A DNA stretch of 64,000 nucleotides from Prorocentrum cordatum (lineage: Eukaryota). The stretch spans positions 806,001 through 870,000 of the forward strand of contig CAUYUJ010000002.1 of NCBI GenBank assembly GCA_963575745.1, written 5' to 3'. The notes below the pieces were generated by a model. That model made no database searches and was not told the origin of the DNA. It saw nothing but the letters and a program-made list of their open reading frames with translations. Below are positions 12,020 through 26,249 of this stretch, one piece after another. Each line of letters begins with the position of its first letter. Position 1 is the stretch's first letter. The position numbers and the translations under genes are program-made.

Positions 12020-15000
12020 TAGTGCGCGGCTCTTCTCCAGCAGGAGCAGCAGGAGAAAGCCTCGCGCCGTGCGAAAGGCGCGCGAGGTGTTGGCAACTCC
12101 CGGCCTCCGCGGTCCCTCGCCAGGCCCCGGGGCCGTGAAGCAACGACCCAAATTGGGAGACCACTCTTCGGCGCTTGGGACTGGCCCGGCTGGAGACGGG
12201 GCGGGCGGACCGCCCTTGAGATCCGACGTCACGAGAGGAACGCAGCATCGCGAACAAAAAAATCGCTCGGAGCCACGGGGGATGCGGCCCGCTGACGCCT
12301 GGAGCCATCGATGGCAGGTTCTGCTCGTCTCTGGAACCGATGCAACAGTTGTCACATATGCGAAAATTGCGATACCCTTGCCGAGAAAGAGAGCCAGTGT
12401 GCATGTGTGGAGTCAACGGGAAGCCCTTCACATTCACCACGAAGTCTCAGCGAGGCCGCAGCCCCGAGCGGGTGACTGGGCTCCGAGCTCTAGCCATCAT
12501 CTTTCTGCAGCATTTTTTGAGCCGGAACGGTCCGCGCGAATGCCCATGCCCGCTTCCCCTCGCCATGAAGGAGAGGTGAAGCACAGGAGGTTCCGAGAAA
12601 CGGGTCCTGGACCAGGGGAGCCTTCCCCGAGGACCAGTGCTCCATCACGAGTCGTCTATTGACGGTCCCGGGTCCCGTGGGGAGGCCCGAACTCGGGAGC
12701 CTTGAGACGGGGGTCAATGCAAACGGGGGTCAGCCAGAGCGCCACGACCGTCGCCACGATCTTGCAGGATCCTGCAGGTCCAGGGTCGCATTGACCCGGG
12801 TTTGGGTGCAGGATCCTGCAGGATCCTTTGCATTGACCTGGGTTTGGGCGCAGGATCTTGCAAGGCTTGACTGACCGTGGTCTGGATTGACCCGGGTCAG
12901 AAGATCCCCGACGAACACGGCGAAAAATTGAACTTCGGTTTTTTTTTCATTTCAGGACCCTTGTCCTTCACGGCGGTCCCAGCTTCGGCGGTCACAGATC
13001 GACCCCTGGACCCGTCCTGGAGTGCGCTCCGACCAGAACTTCGAAGGGAATCAACCCGAGAGGCTCAAAAACGGTCGATCCAAGACACATCTAAAAGCAT
13101 TCGAAGTTCGATCCTCGAGCCTCCCTTGAGATCCGACGCAGCGAAAACAGACAACATCGTTAAAAATATCACGCCCAGAGCCCTAGACACCCTCTTTCTG
13201 CGTCACTTGTCGAGCCGGATCGATCTGCGAGGGTCCCGGGGCCCGACAAAGAGCGAAAACGCCCAGCTCGAAAAAGTTGGGCCGCCAGGACCTCAAGCAG
13301 TGGCGAAGCGTCCTGGCTCGCCTGTAGGCCCACCAAAGAATGTTCTAATGACCTTTTGTGGTCTGCATGGGTATGTTCTTAGAGCATGGTTTTGTGGTCT
13401 GCATGGTTATGTTTTTAGAGCATGTTCGAATGACCTCGGGCTTAGGTTCTAAGAACACGGTGTTGTTCTTCGACCACTGCTGGGTTGTAAGAACATGTCG
13501 TGGCAGGCCTACAGGAACGCTGGGACGGTCGGTCCCTGCTCAAGGACCGTAGGGTCTTCCCTCGTGCCAGCCCCTCGCTGCCTCCGCCGGAGAGCCGTGG
13601 ACGCCCAGGTGCGCCTCCTGGGGCTCCCGCCGCGCACCCGCGGACCGCCCCCGAGAGCCGCCCCCTGCCTCGAGGGCCGCGGAGCTGTCCTCACAGCCGT
13701 GTTGGGAGGGGGGCGACGAGGAGGATTCAGAGGAGGAAGAGCTACCCATGCCTCTACCCTCCCCTCGTTTTCCCCTTTGGGGGCCTTCGTCGCCACCGCT
13801 GGATTCGCCTCGAAATGCTGGTCAGAACGCACCCCAGGAGAGGTCTGGGGAGTAGCGGTATCCGTACCTTGTGGTAACCCCAAGGAGGGGGAGGAAGGAG
13901 GAGGGGACGCAACAAGATCTGATCTTCGTGTCCGCGCAACGTGACAAAAGAAGGAGAAGGAGGAGGAGGAGGAGGAGGCGGAGGAGGAGGAGGAGGAGGA
14001 GGAAGAGGATGAGGATGAGGAGGAGGAGGAGGAGGAGGAGGAGGAGGAGGAGGAGGGAGGAGGAGGAGGAGGGGAGAAGGAGGAGGAAGAGGAGGAGGAG
14101 GAGAAGGGAGGAGGAGGAGGACAAGGACGAGGACGAGGACGAGGACGAGGAGGAGGAGGAGGAGGAAGGAGGAGGAGGAGGAGGGAGAAGGGAGGAGGGA
14201 GGAGGATGGGGGCAGGGAGATTGGACGAGGGGGAGGGGGAGGAGGGAGGAGGAGGAGGCCCAGCACCCCCTCGCGTGGTGAACAAAACACGACAGGAGGT
14301 TGGGGGCCTCATCGGGCCTCGGGACCGTCAAAAAGGGACTCAAAATGGAAAACCAGTCCCGGGGAATGGGTCCAGACCTCTGGGGGTCGACATTATGGAA
14401 AATCATACGCTGTCCATTCGATCGTGGCATTGGGCGGCGTTCCCGCGCCACCAAAGGGCGAGCAGGGAACTCTGGCGCCGCCAGGATGGCCCGCACCGGA
14501 AATCCACCAGGGGTCCACCCTGGCAGGAACACCGCCCATATCAGCGAAAAACATGGGGAGGTAGTGGGTCGGTGATGAACCCGATCGCGGGTTGCAACCA
14601 AGCCCTATCCGGGCTGATGAGATGCCCAGTCCGGGCAATAGCCCAGGCGATCGCAGACATAGTTCAAGGGGGCGTGGATTACCGGCGGGTTCCGTTTCCA
14701 TGGGATATCGCGGATTTCCGACGCCGAGCGAGGCGGCACCGGCCGCTTTTTAGGGAGGGCGCCTCCCCCGATCCATGGATTTGATGACCGCGCGCCAAAT
14801 CCATGGATCGCTAATCCATGTTTGCGCGCCCCCGACTAGCGCACCCAATCCAGGTTGCCGATGGGCCCAATCCAGGCTGACGACGCCCCAATCGGGGCAA
14901 GTGAGCAAGTGAAATTGCCCAAGCCCACGATGCTGACTTCACCGGATGGTTGGGTGACCCGATGGACGGGTTGTCCAACAAGCACCGGCAGCAGGCGCCG

Positions 15001-15082
15001 CGTCACGTCGAGGGCGAGGGGCTGGAGCTGGGGGGGTGGGTTTGCGCACGGCTTGCCGCGAGTGTCGCCAGTTCGCAGCCAC

Positions 15083-15237
15083 GCGCAGAGGGGGGTGGGG
15101 GGAGGGGGGGGGCTTCTTAGAAGCCCCCCTGCTTCTTAGAAGACGCGGGCCTTATCTGTAGATACAGGGCCAGCGCCTTCTAAGAAGCAGGGTGCTTCTA
15201 AGAAGCCCCCCCCCCCCCCCCCACCCCATTGTGCGCG
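15083..15237. repeat. Long imperfect palindrome / fold-back element
   Basis: G-run + CTTCTTAGAAGCCCCCTGCTTCTTAGAAG mirrored by CTTCTAAGAAGCAGGGTGCTTCTAAGAAG + C-run; a partial relative lies at ~22220-22278. Confidence 0.75.
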
Positions 15238-15719
15238 CCGCCGACACAGTTCGCCAAAGCAGGGATCTGCGATATATGCGACATGGTCGGTATCCAGAAG
15301 ACTGCAGCGCCAGGTGGCCAGTGGCCGCGTTCTTGTCGGGCTGACTGCGGGCACTTCGTGGATAGGAAGCGCCCCAGATGCGGGGAGGAGGTTTGGGCAT
15401 CGTTCCATCGAATCCGGTGTTGCCCCAAGGATGTCTGCCCAGAGTCCGAGAAGTCACAGCACCCAGATCCCCAGTTATCGGCGCAACATGTGTCAGTTCC
15501 GTGCTTTGGGCTTCGAGGGGCCCCTCCAGCGAGTTAGACCCCACTCCCCTGAGGGCACCAGGTACCCCAGCGAAGATGTCACTCTCTACCGGCCCAGTTC
15601 CTTCGAAGCTGTGGAGGTGAACCTCAAGCACAGTAAGGTTGTCATTGTTCTGTGACGGCTCGGGGGGGCCTGCAGCTCTGACCCGAGGAGCAGGCATTGT
15701 GGAACTGCGATCGTGGCCT

Positions 15720-15879
15720 TAAGTCGGGCCTGTCCCTCTACAGGAGGAATATTCCAAAATAGTTAAAAAATAGTATGGGGACTAGTTTTCAGAATGTTTT
15801 GACTATGTTGGATCATTTTGGGGGTACTTTTTTGATTTGTCGTCCAAAATCCCCCTGTAGGGGGACATGCCCGAACTAA
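15720..15879. mobile_element. MITE family A, copy 2
   Basis: Same TIRs (TAAGTCGGGCCTGTCCCTCTACAGG ... CCCCCTGTAGGGGGACATGCCCGAACTA) and similar core as 5051-5207. Confidence 0.85.
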
Positions 15880-17569
15880 GGCTACCGCTGTAGAGCGGGA
15901 ACTGGCTACTGGAGCTAGATCATCCGTCGGATGCAGGAAGCACACGGTCCCTAGGGCCGAGTGTGTTTGGTCGTTTCGCTCGCGCTCGAAATTGTTAAGG
16001 ATTTGTGGCCCATCACCGACCATCCAAGAGTGGATTAGTTCAGGACCTCTGGAGTCGCCTCATGCTTTCTTTTGGGAGATAGCACCGATTCAGATATTAG
16101 TTTGCATTTGGCACCCCGCCACTTCAGGTCGGATCAAGATGACGTTGGTCCCTACCTATTTCGGGGCAGTGCCCTGGTTGGTGAGGGGGCGGGCAGGGCG
16201 GCGTCGGATTCGCTGTCGTGGTGTCAGGGGGGGACGTCGGATTAGGCAGATAAGTGGGACGTGGCGGCAGCCCTGGTCAGAGACAGGGGCCCGTCGAGCG
16301 CTGGAGCTGGCGACGGAGCTGGACCCTTGGTCTGGGGAGCGGCCTGCCAAGGAAAACACCGCCCCCGGCTCCGCCCTCTCCCGCGCGCTCGCCTCCACGC
16401 ATCATCCACTCGAGAAGACAGGCTCGAAGCTTCAACGCAAGTCCTGTGGGCCTGTGGGTAAGTCGCCCCTGCTTCCACGAAAGCAGGAGTTGCGTCGAAC
16501 TGTTCTGGACCCCCTGCGGGCTCGAGAAGCGTTGGCCCCGTGGGGCCAGGCACCATCTGTGTGCAGAATTGGTCCGACGTCCATTTCCTCCTACTTTCGT
16601 CCGCATCGGGGCGCCCCCCCTCTCCTTGTCGAGGACGACGCCCCGGAGCCGCTGTGGGCACACGCTGGGGCGCCGGTGTTGGGCGCTGGCTTCGCGGGGA
16701 CAGGCGTTACCCGGGCTGGGGGGGGAGGAGAGGAGGAGAGGAGGAGGAGGAGGAGGAGGACGAGGAGGAAGGCGGCGAGGAGGAGGAGGAGGAGGAAGAG
16801 GCTGGGGTAGAGGGGGGAGGAGGAGGAGGAGGAGGAGGAGGAGGAGGAGGAGGAGGAGGAGGAGGAGGAGGAGGAGGAGGAGGAGGAGGAGGAGGAGGAG
16901 GAGGAGGAGGCGGAGGAGGAGGAGGAGGAGGAGGAGGAGGAGGAGGAGGAGGCGGAGGAGGAGGAGGAAGAATTGTGGAATAAGGGGGAAGAAGGCGGAG
17001 GCGGAGAAGGAATAATCCCTCGGACTCCACCTGATCCTTCTCATTCGTTAACATTCGCCTCCTCCTCCTCTCCCTCCTCGCCCTCCTCCTTCTCCTCCCT
17101 ACATCCCCTTCTGATCTTCATCCCACCCCCCGAGCTGGTCGAGGAAGACGAGGAGCAGTAGCTGCAGCTACAGAACCAGGAGCACAAGGGCGGAGGTTGA
17201 GGGGGAGGGGGAGGAGGACGAGGAGGGAAGAGATGCTTTACCCCACGAGACACCATGCGATGGCTACTCTGGTGACGGGGGGGGAATCATGGCACGACTG
17301 AAGCGGGAGTTCCTGGATCACGTCGGACCTTCCAGCGTCCCGTTCGGTAAGCTGGACGCGGGGTCGAGATCCACGAGAGGTTGGACGAGTTCCTCGAGAG
17401 GGCTCAGGCGCAGGGCCTGTTCTCGATGCTCGAGCTCGGCCATAGCTTGGACGAGAGGATCCCACTGGCCGGCACTCCCTCGAGCAGGAACGGCAGCGTG
17501 CGCGCCCAGACGCTCGTGGCGGGGTTCAACCGAGATTCTGCCAGCTGAGCCCCAAGTAAAATCGAATTG

Positions 17570-17719
17570 TAAGTCGGGCGTGTCCCTCTACAGGGGGGAT
17601 ATTCAAAAATAGTCAAAAAAATAGCATGGAGACGATTGTATGACCACTGTTGGTGCATAATTGAGGTATTTTTTATTATTTGTCACAAATCCTCCTGTAG
17701 GGGGACATGCCCGACCTAA
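17570..17719. mobile_element. MITE family A, copy 3
   Basis: Same TIRs; flanked by ATCGAATTG / GTCGAATTG (8/9 direct repeat). Confidence 0.85.
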
Positions 17720-18544
17720 GTCGAATTGCTTGGGCTCAGCGGCTTCAGCTTCAGGATACCTGCCTGTCCGCGCCCGCCCTGGGACGCTGCGGAGGCGAGG
17801 TGGCCTTCCTGAGGACGAAAACGAGACGGGCGCGTACACTCAGGGATGAGCTTTGGGGGATACCCTAACCAACCACGCTTAGCCAGGAGGGTTGGCCAGT
17901 GGGCCAGATGGTTGGCCGGGGCAAGTTACGGATTGGTTGTATCCAGTTGCTTCGGGCAATTCCGCCACCGTGCCAGCGCAGCATGCTGGGTGGCAACGAT
18001 TCGAGAAGGCAAGGGGGCTTGCTGGCGGCCTCTTGGGGCAGAAGGCTCAAATTCTATGTTTGCTTTCCCACTCGTGGGCCACGTCTTGGGGTCATCTTGG
18101 GCACCTTTTGGGCCGTCTTGGAGCCACCTTGGGCAGTCTTGGAACTCTCTTGGGGGCCTCGTGAGCCGTCTCGGGGGAGTCTTGTTCGAAAAGGCGAGGA
18201 CCCAAACAACATTGAACAAGCTATGCAGAACAAATGTGTTCTGCCTCCCAGGGCCCTCTTGGGGCCTCTTTTGGCCCTCGTGGAGCCTCCTGAGCTCTTG
18301 GGGCGGAAGGCTCGAGTTGTCGATTCGTGTTCACCCTCTTGGGCGCTTCTTAGGGCCATCTTGGTATCCTCTTGGGTATTGTTGCCGCCTCTTGGACCGT
18401 CTTGGAGGGCTGCCTTGGGCCAGTCGTGGTGGCCTCTTGGGTCGTCTTGGGTCACCGAAAGACTTTCAAAAAAAGCGAGAACCCGAATCAACATGGAAAC
18501 ACCTAGGGAATGTTAGCCAGCGTGGAGCCGGCACATTGTATATG

Positions 18545-18960
18545 TAGCTAAATGTTTTGCAAATGATGTGGAACCATCCATGTTGTGCAATGTAGGTGCG
18601 TCAAAGTATTTGGAGCTATCCCTGAGATGGTGCAACATGTTCGGTCGAATGTATGTGGTGGAGTATAGGTGGCTCAAGATATGAGGTACAATATATGTGG
18701 TGCAGACTATGTTGTACCATCTATGTTGTGCAATGTAGGTGGTGCGACCTATGCGGTGCCATCCATGTGGGGCAATACTTGTGGTGTATTACATGTGGCG
18801 CAACATCTTCGGTGCAACCTATGTGAGGCGATCTGCGTGGTGCAATCTGCGTGGTACAATATGTGTGTGCAATAGATGTGTTGCGCTCTAGGTTGCGGCA
18901 TCTATGTGGTGCAATGTCAGTGGTGCAATCTGTGCGGTGCAGTCTACGCGGCGCAATCGA
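18545..18960. repeat. Degenerate short-period tandem repeat (TGTGGTGCAATCTA-like)
   Basis: Recurring GTGGTGCAA/TATG motifs at roughly 15-nt spacing. Confidence 0.6.
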
Positions 18961-20104
18961 TGCGAGGCGGTTACGGGACTGCGACGGCGGCGACATGGCT
19001 GGCAGACTGACGCACAGCCCCAGACGTCGGTCGGCGACGGGGCGGCGATGGCAGCAGCATAGCCGCCAGACTGACGCATAGCCCCAGACGTCGGTCGGCG
19101 ACGGGGCGGCGACGGCGGCAACAAAGCCACCAGACCGACACACAGGCCCAGTTCTGTAGAACATAAATAACAACCCTTAGGTGCAAGCACTGCTTGGGGA
19201 ATATCAATGAGTGTTGCCTCTCGGGGCCCTCGTGAGAAGGCTCTCGGGGCTCTTCTTGGGATGCCTCGAAGGTCTCGGGAGCCGTCGTCAAGCCATCCTG
19301 TGCAGTCTTGTGACCAAGGTGGCCCGTCTTGAAGTGATATCCGGCCGTCTTGGAGGCAGCTGGGCCTCGGGTGCGCGAGCCTGTCGTATGTTGCAAGGGA
19401 GCGTGGCCTCGGGAAGAGGGGGCGGTGCATGCCGCTGGACGCGGCCAGGGAGGGGGGGGCGGCCTTTAGAAAATGGCAGGAACCCTACCAGACAGCACCT
19501 GGCATTCAAGCACATCCCAATGTGCCGGGGGGCACGGTGGCGGATTTCCTACAGTCTTGATGCCACAAAATCCAGCGGAAGGGGAATTGACGTGAACACG
19601 CGGAGCGTGCGTGAATTCGGGGAGGTGTAGACGGTTTCTTGTAAGAGCGCTCGCGGAATGGTGTGGAATACAGTCGGATTGGGGTATAAGATCGAGGTCC
19701 GTTCGGGGAGGGCACCCGAGTGTTCTTCGTGTTTGTTGGATGTTGTTGCGCATCCTGGAAAGGGTATCATTGGATATTTCCCCAATCAGAGCTTGCCTCT
19801 GTAGTGGTCCTAGCGGATTCATATGGTAAGGTTAGGTTTGCCGCCGATTTTCGCTGCACGCCCGGGTGCCCGGGGGCCCAGGGGGGCCCGGGTGCCCGGG
19901 TTCGGCTAAACGTACGAGTGACCTTTCGCCAGAGTGACCTTTGGTGCGGGCCCACTGGGGCCGCCCGCTCGCCGAACCCGAGCGTCTTGTGATCTCGTGC
20001 TTGGCCCCCGCCCGCGGTCCCCAAAAGGCCGCGCACCAAAGGTCACTCCTGCGTGTAGCCGACGGGTGCCCCGGCGTGCCCGGGGGTGCCCGGGTGCCCA
20101 GGGG

Positions 20105-20320
20105 TGCCCTATAGCCCAATAGCCCTACAGCCCTGTAGCCTTACAGCGCTATAGCTCTATAGCCCTATATCCCTATAACTCAACAGCCCTACAGCCCTAT
20201 AGCCGTATAGCCCTATAGCTCTATAGCCTTATACCCCTATACCCTACAGCCCTGTAGCTCTATTACCCTATAGCCCACTAGCCCTATAGCCCATATAGCC
20301 CTATAGCCCTACAGCCCTAA
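20105..20320. repeat. 8-bp minisatellite (GCCCTATA)n
   Basis: About 25 degenerate copies of GCCCTATA/GCCCTACA. Confidence 0.9.
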
Positions 20321-21400
20321 AAAGATTATGATTGGGGTTGTCTCTGGTATCATTTGTTTGTTTTGGCCGTCGGAGGGTTCCTTCCTCCCTCAACAAAGTG
20401 GCCCGCGGCAAGTTGAAATTGCACCAGTCAGCAGATCCTCTGCCAGCCTGGCCACCTCTTTGGGACCGCCGTTGGAGAAGCCCACCAGTAGAGCGGAGCG
20501 CCGTGGCCTGTATGATCTGCCCGCCTGGCCATGCCAGAAGTCATGCAAGCCACGCGGCATCACCGCAGATCGCCAGCTGCTTGTGGGCACCGAACCCACG
20601 ATGAGAGAGATGTGAGCTCGTCTCCCCGACTGCCCAAGCAGTGGGCAAACGCGCCAAAGGGGTGTGGCTTGGGTCTTGCAAGGCTCGAGGACCTTGCAAA
20701 GCTCGAGAGCAATGCCCGGCCCTTCCCCTGGGCTGTTTTTGTTCATCCCGCGCCGTTTTTGGACAGTCCGGGGCCCAGCGAGGCACCCCAGAGGCCGACA
20801 GTTGACAAAACCCCCCGCTGCGATTTTTTCTAAATACGACGCGATCATGTCTGGGTACCGGCCACGGTCGACCGACCGACCGCGGCCACGACCGACCACG
20901 AACACGACGGAGACGACGAGCACCACGATAGGAACCACGATCACAGTGACGGCGAGCATGACGGTGGCGACAGCGACCACGACCAGGACCACGACAAACA
21001 CGACTTCGACCACGACTGACGGCAACCGACCACGTTCGACCCCCCCCCCGTCCTCATCCTCATTCCCCCCTCCTCTCCTACTCACCCCCCCCTCCTCCCC
21101 CCTCCCCTCCTCCTCCCTGTCCTCCCCTTCTCCCCCTCCTCCTCCTCCTCCCCCCCCTCCTCCTCCTCCTCCTCCTCCTGCTCCTCCTCCTCCTCCTCCT
21201 CCTCCTCCCCCTCCTCCTCCCCCTCCTCCTCCCCGGCGCCGCGGCCCGCCCCGCCCCGCGCCGCGGGCGGCCCAGGCGAGCTGCCCCCGGTGGCGGCCGG
21301 GCTCGGGCCGAGGCCACGCGCCGCGGGCCCCGCGGGAGGGCCGGCGTCGTCGTCATCGTCGTCGTCGTCGTCGGTCCTCCCGCGCACCCCGCTGGACGGC

Positions 21401-22181
21401 GAGGTTCCACGGCCTCCCACCTCCTCTCGTTGGGTGAGTGGGAAGAGCCTGTCGAGGCAGGTGGAGGGAGGGGAGGGAGGGAGGAGTACCGGAGGGAGAG
21501 GGCGGACGGACGAGGGCAGGATCCTCAGCACCAAGTCGGGAGATCGGGTCGAATCCGAGCGTGCATCGGTTCGTGCCGCATGGGCGCGGGCTCGGGCAGA
21601 GGCCGCCCGCCGCTCACCCCCGGGGGGCCTGGCGGCCAGCGGAGGGGGCCCACGGGCCCCCCGCATTGAAAAAAGCACGACGGGCGATTTTTTCCCATCA
21701 AACAACCGATGTGATGCTGAGCATCCTGCCCTCCTCCATCCGCCTTCTCCCTCCTGCCTCCTCCCTTCGGGCCCCCCGCATTGAAAAAAGCACGACGGGC
21801 GATTTTTCCCATCAATCAACCGATGTGATGCTGAGCATCCTGCCCTCCTCCATCCGCCTTCTCCCTCCTGCCTCCTCCCTTCGGGCCCCCCGCATTGAAA
21901 AAAGCACGACGGGCGATTTTTCCCATCAATCAACCGATGTGATGCTGAGCATCCTGCCCTCCTCCATCCGCCTTCTCCCTCCTGCCTCCTCCCTTCGGGC
22001 CCCCCGCATTGAAAAAAGCACGACGGGCGATTTTTCCCATCAATCAACCGATGTGATGCTGAGCATCCTGCCCTCCTCCATCCGCCCTCTCCCTCCTGCC
22101 TCCTCCCTTCCAACCCCCCTTCTGCCTCGACGCTCCTCTCCCCCTCACCCAACGAGAGGAGGTGGGAGGTCGTGGAACCTC
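21401..22181. mobile_element. Non-autonomous TIR element (~780 bp) containing 4 x 114-bp tandem repeats
   Basis: GAGGTTCCACGGCCTCCCACCTCCTCTCGTTGGGTGAG at 21401 is the inverted repeat of CTCACCCAACGAGAGGAGGTGGGAGGTCGTGGAACCTC ending 22181; the internal unit marker CATTGAAAAAAGC occurs at 21664, 21779, 21893 and 22007. Confidence 0.75.
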
Positions 22182-23166
22182 TTGGCGGCGCGCACAAGCG
22201 GGTATAGGGGGAGGAGTGAAGGCGTCTTAGAAGGACCCTTCTCTATAGATGTAGGGCCGGCGCCTTCTAAGAATCAGGCCTTGTGTGCGCCGCCAAGTTT
22301 TGTCTCATCAAACAGCCAATGCATTGATGATGAAAGTTGCCAGTTCCCCCACTGAGGGAAACGGGACTCCCCCACGCGAAGCACCAGCCGCAAACGAGAG
22401 GAAAGAGAAAGCAGGGACTCCGAGGCAGCTGCGCGCCGTCTCCAGGCTGCTGCCCCCGGCACTGCAGCCGAGGATGCTCGGCTCTGGCCCCCACCCCGCC
22501 TTGCCAGGGGCTGCTTCGGGGGCAACGAGGCAGGAGAGTGGACAGCGTGGTCCGCCAGAGGCGGCTGTCACGACGGGAGGTGTTTGCTATGCTCTGCATC
22601 CAGTGGCATTCGCCGGGCCTCGGGGCCTTTGCGCAGAGGTTCAGAAACACATCATGACGTCGGGGGTCTGGGGGCGTCAGGGGCAACGATAGGGTGGGAT
22701 GGGCATAGGGGGGGATGCATCGACCCCCAATCGCCCATTGATCGCCGATAGGGACCCGATAGCCCCAATCTTCCCAGGACGTTGCGGATTCACTATCGGG
22801 GGCCTATCGCCGATCTATCGGCGATGTATCGCCGATTCCAGGTTGATGCATCCCACCCAATGCCAGTCCCCCCCTATCGTTGCCCCTCACCAGAGCGGAC
22901 GTTTTCCAACCTTCCCTTGAGATTTTGGTGTCGCAGTTTTGTCCAGGTGGGCGCTTTCTCGCCCAGTCTTGGGCCCCAAGGCCCTCGCAAATCGATCCAG
23001 CTAGAAAAGTGGCGCAGAGAGATGGGGTCCAGGGCTCCAGTCGAGTTGCAGTACGGCCTTGTGCTTGTTTCGACAACCGAAAAAAACAAAACAAAAATTA
23101 GCCTGGCGAAGGACCCAACCATATGCAGTTGTGAGTACCGTCGTTGTGAGTATCGCAATCGATGGA

Positions 23167-24217
23167 GATCCCTATGGGCCACGAAAGGCTGTCCTGGGTG
23201 GGGGAGACGCATGTGAGTGCAGCCGCTGGGGCCTTCGGTGGAGCTCCCTATAGTGGCCACGAAACGCTTCCCTGGGTGGGTGGAGGCGCATGCGAACTGC
23301 GCCACTGGGGCTTTCGGTTGAGCTCCCTGTGGGGCCACGAAACGCTGTCCTGGATGGGGGAGGCGCATGCGAGTGCAGCTGGGGCGTTCGGTGGAGCTCC
23401 ATATGGGGCCACGAAGCGCTGTCCTGGGTGGGGGAGACGCATGCGAGAGCAGCCACTGGCGCCTTCGGTGGAGCTCCTTATGGGGCTACGAAAGGTTGGC
23501 CTGGGTGGGGGAGACGCATGCGAACTGCGCCACTGGGGCCTTCGGTGGAGCTCCCTATGGGGCCACGAAACCCTGTCCTGAGTGAGGGAGACGCATGCGA
23601 GAGCAGCCGCTGGCGCCTTCGGTGGAGCTCCGTGTGGGGCCACGAAACGCTGTCCAGGGTGGGGGAGACGCATGCGAGAGCAGCCACTGGCGCCTTCGGT
23701 GGAACTCCCCATGAGACCACGAAACGCTGTCCTAGGTTGGGGAGACGCATGCGAGAGTAGCCACTTGGGCTTTCGACCGCGAAACAGTGTCCTAGGCGGG
23801 GGAGACGCATGCGAGAGCAGCCACTTGCGCCGTCGGTGGAGCTCCCTATGGGGCCACGAAGCGCTGTCCTGGGTGAGGGAGACGCATGCGAGAGCAGCCA
23901 CTGGCGCCTTCTGTGGAGCTCCCCATGAGCTCCCTATGGGGCCACGAAGCGCTGTCCTGGGTGGGGGGACGCATGCGAGAGCAGCCACTGGCGCCTTCGG
24001 TGGAGCTCCCTATGGGGGCCACGAAGCGCTGTCCTGGGCGGGGGAGACGCATGCGAGAGCAGCCACTGGCGCCTTCGGTGGAGCTCCCTATGGGGCCACG
24101 AAACGCTGTCCTGGGTTGGGGGAGACGCATGCGAGAGCAGCCACTTGCGCCGCCGGTGGAGCTCCCTATGGGGCCACGAAACGCTGTCCTGGGTGGGGGG
24201 GGACGCATGCGAGAGCG
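23167..24217. repeat. ~77-bp tandem repeat array (~13 copies)
   Basis: Unit CCTATGGGGCCACGAAACGCTGTCCTGGGTGGGGGAGACGCATGCGAGAGCAGCCACTGGCGCCTTCGGTGGAGCTC, head to tail, without unique spacers. Confidence 0.95.
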
Positions 24218-24952
24218 AAACGCGTGAGGGGTGTACCGACGGAAGGAGGAGGGGGAGGGAGGAGGGGGAGGAGGAGGAGGAGGATGAGGAGGAACGCGGG
24301 GCACCGTCTCTTCAAAACGATTACCCAACACCACAGGATAGTTGGGAAAAACGACGGCGGATGGTGTTTGGCAATTTTCGACCTCGGGGTGCCCTCGCTC
24401 GCCAGGCTTCGGGACTGTTGAACAACGACTCGGGACGAAGAACTTTTCCCAGGGAAGGGGTCCAAATCTTCGGGTGTCCACGTTGCGGGAAAAACAAAAA
24501 CACGACCGTGGAGTTCTGACTTGTTCGTCGGTTCCCAGAGGTTCCCAGAGGTGCCCAGATCGCACGAAAGGCTTCGAGGCTCGAGGTTCTGTTAGGTGTT
24601 CGGACGTCTGGGTCGGTTCTCGGCGGTCTTTCAAGCCTCGGGATGCCTTCCAGCGGCTGCCTCTCTCCGAGCTGGTTCGGGGGGTGGCCGCATCGTCCCG
24701 AACGGCCGACGGAGGGCCGAGTTATGGCCTGAAAATCATGGGACAGCGGAGACAGGCTCAGGGGGCGCTGCATCGACCCCCAATCGCCCACTGATCGTCG
24801 AGAGGAGTCCGACAGCCCCAACCCGCCCAGGAGCGTGCGGTTTTGCTCCCGGGGGCCTATCGCCGATCTGGCGGCGATGCGTCGCCGATTCCAGCTCGAT
24901 GTGTGCCCCCCTGGGCCAGACAGTCCCCACCGATATATGGCCCGAAAACGAG

Positions 24953-25910
<958 letters not shown>

Positions 25911-26249
25911 AAACCAATTGCCCTAGCCAGCCCAACCAGCCAACCCAACCAACCAGCCACCCAAACAACTCAACCTGCTCAACCAGCCCAACCAGCCACC
26001 TCGCAACCCCAGCCAACCCGCCACCCCGCCAACCCGCCCACCCCCGCCGCCTGCCCTCCGTCACCGTCGAGAGGGGGGGGGAAGTGTTTCTCACAAGCGA
26101 AAACTACAAAAATCACCCTCCCGGGGTCCGGCGGGACAGCGGGGGGAGGGGAAATCGCGCCGTACTATGCGGGAGCGGGATTCGCGCCCGAGGTGCCCAA
26201 AGACGATTTGGGGCCTCAAATGCGACACTGTCGTCACTTTATGACCTTT

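Noticed and set aside
23167..24217. 77-bp array (and the 101-, 114- and 22-bp arrays) as CRISPR
   Set aside because: Whole units repeat head to tail with no unique spacers; no cas genes; eukaryotic context.
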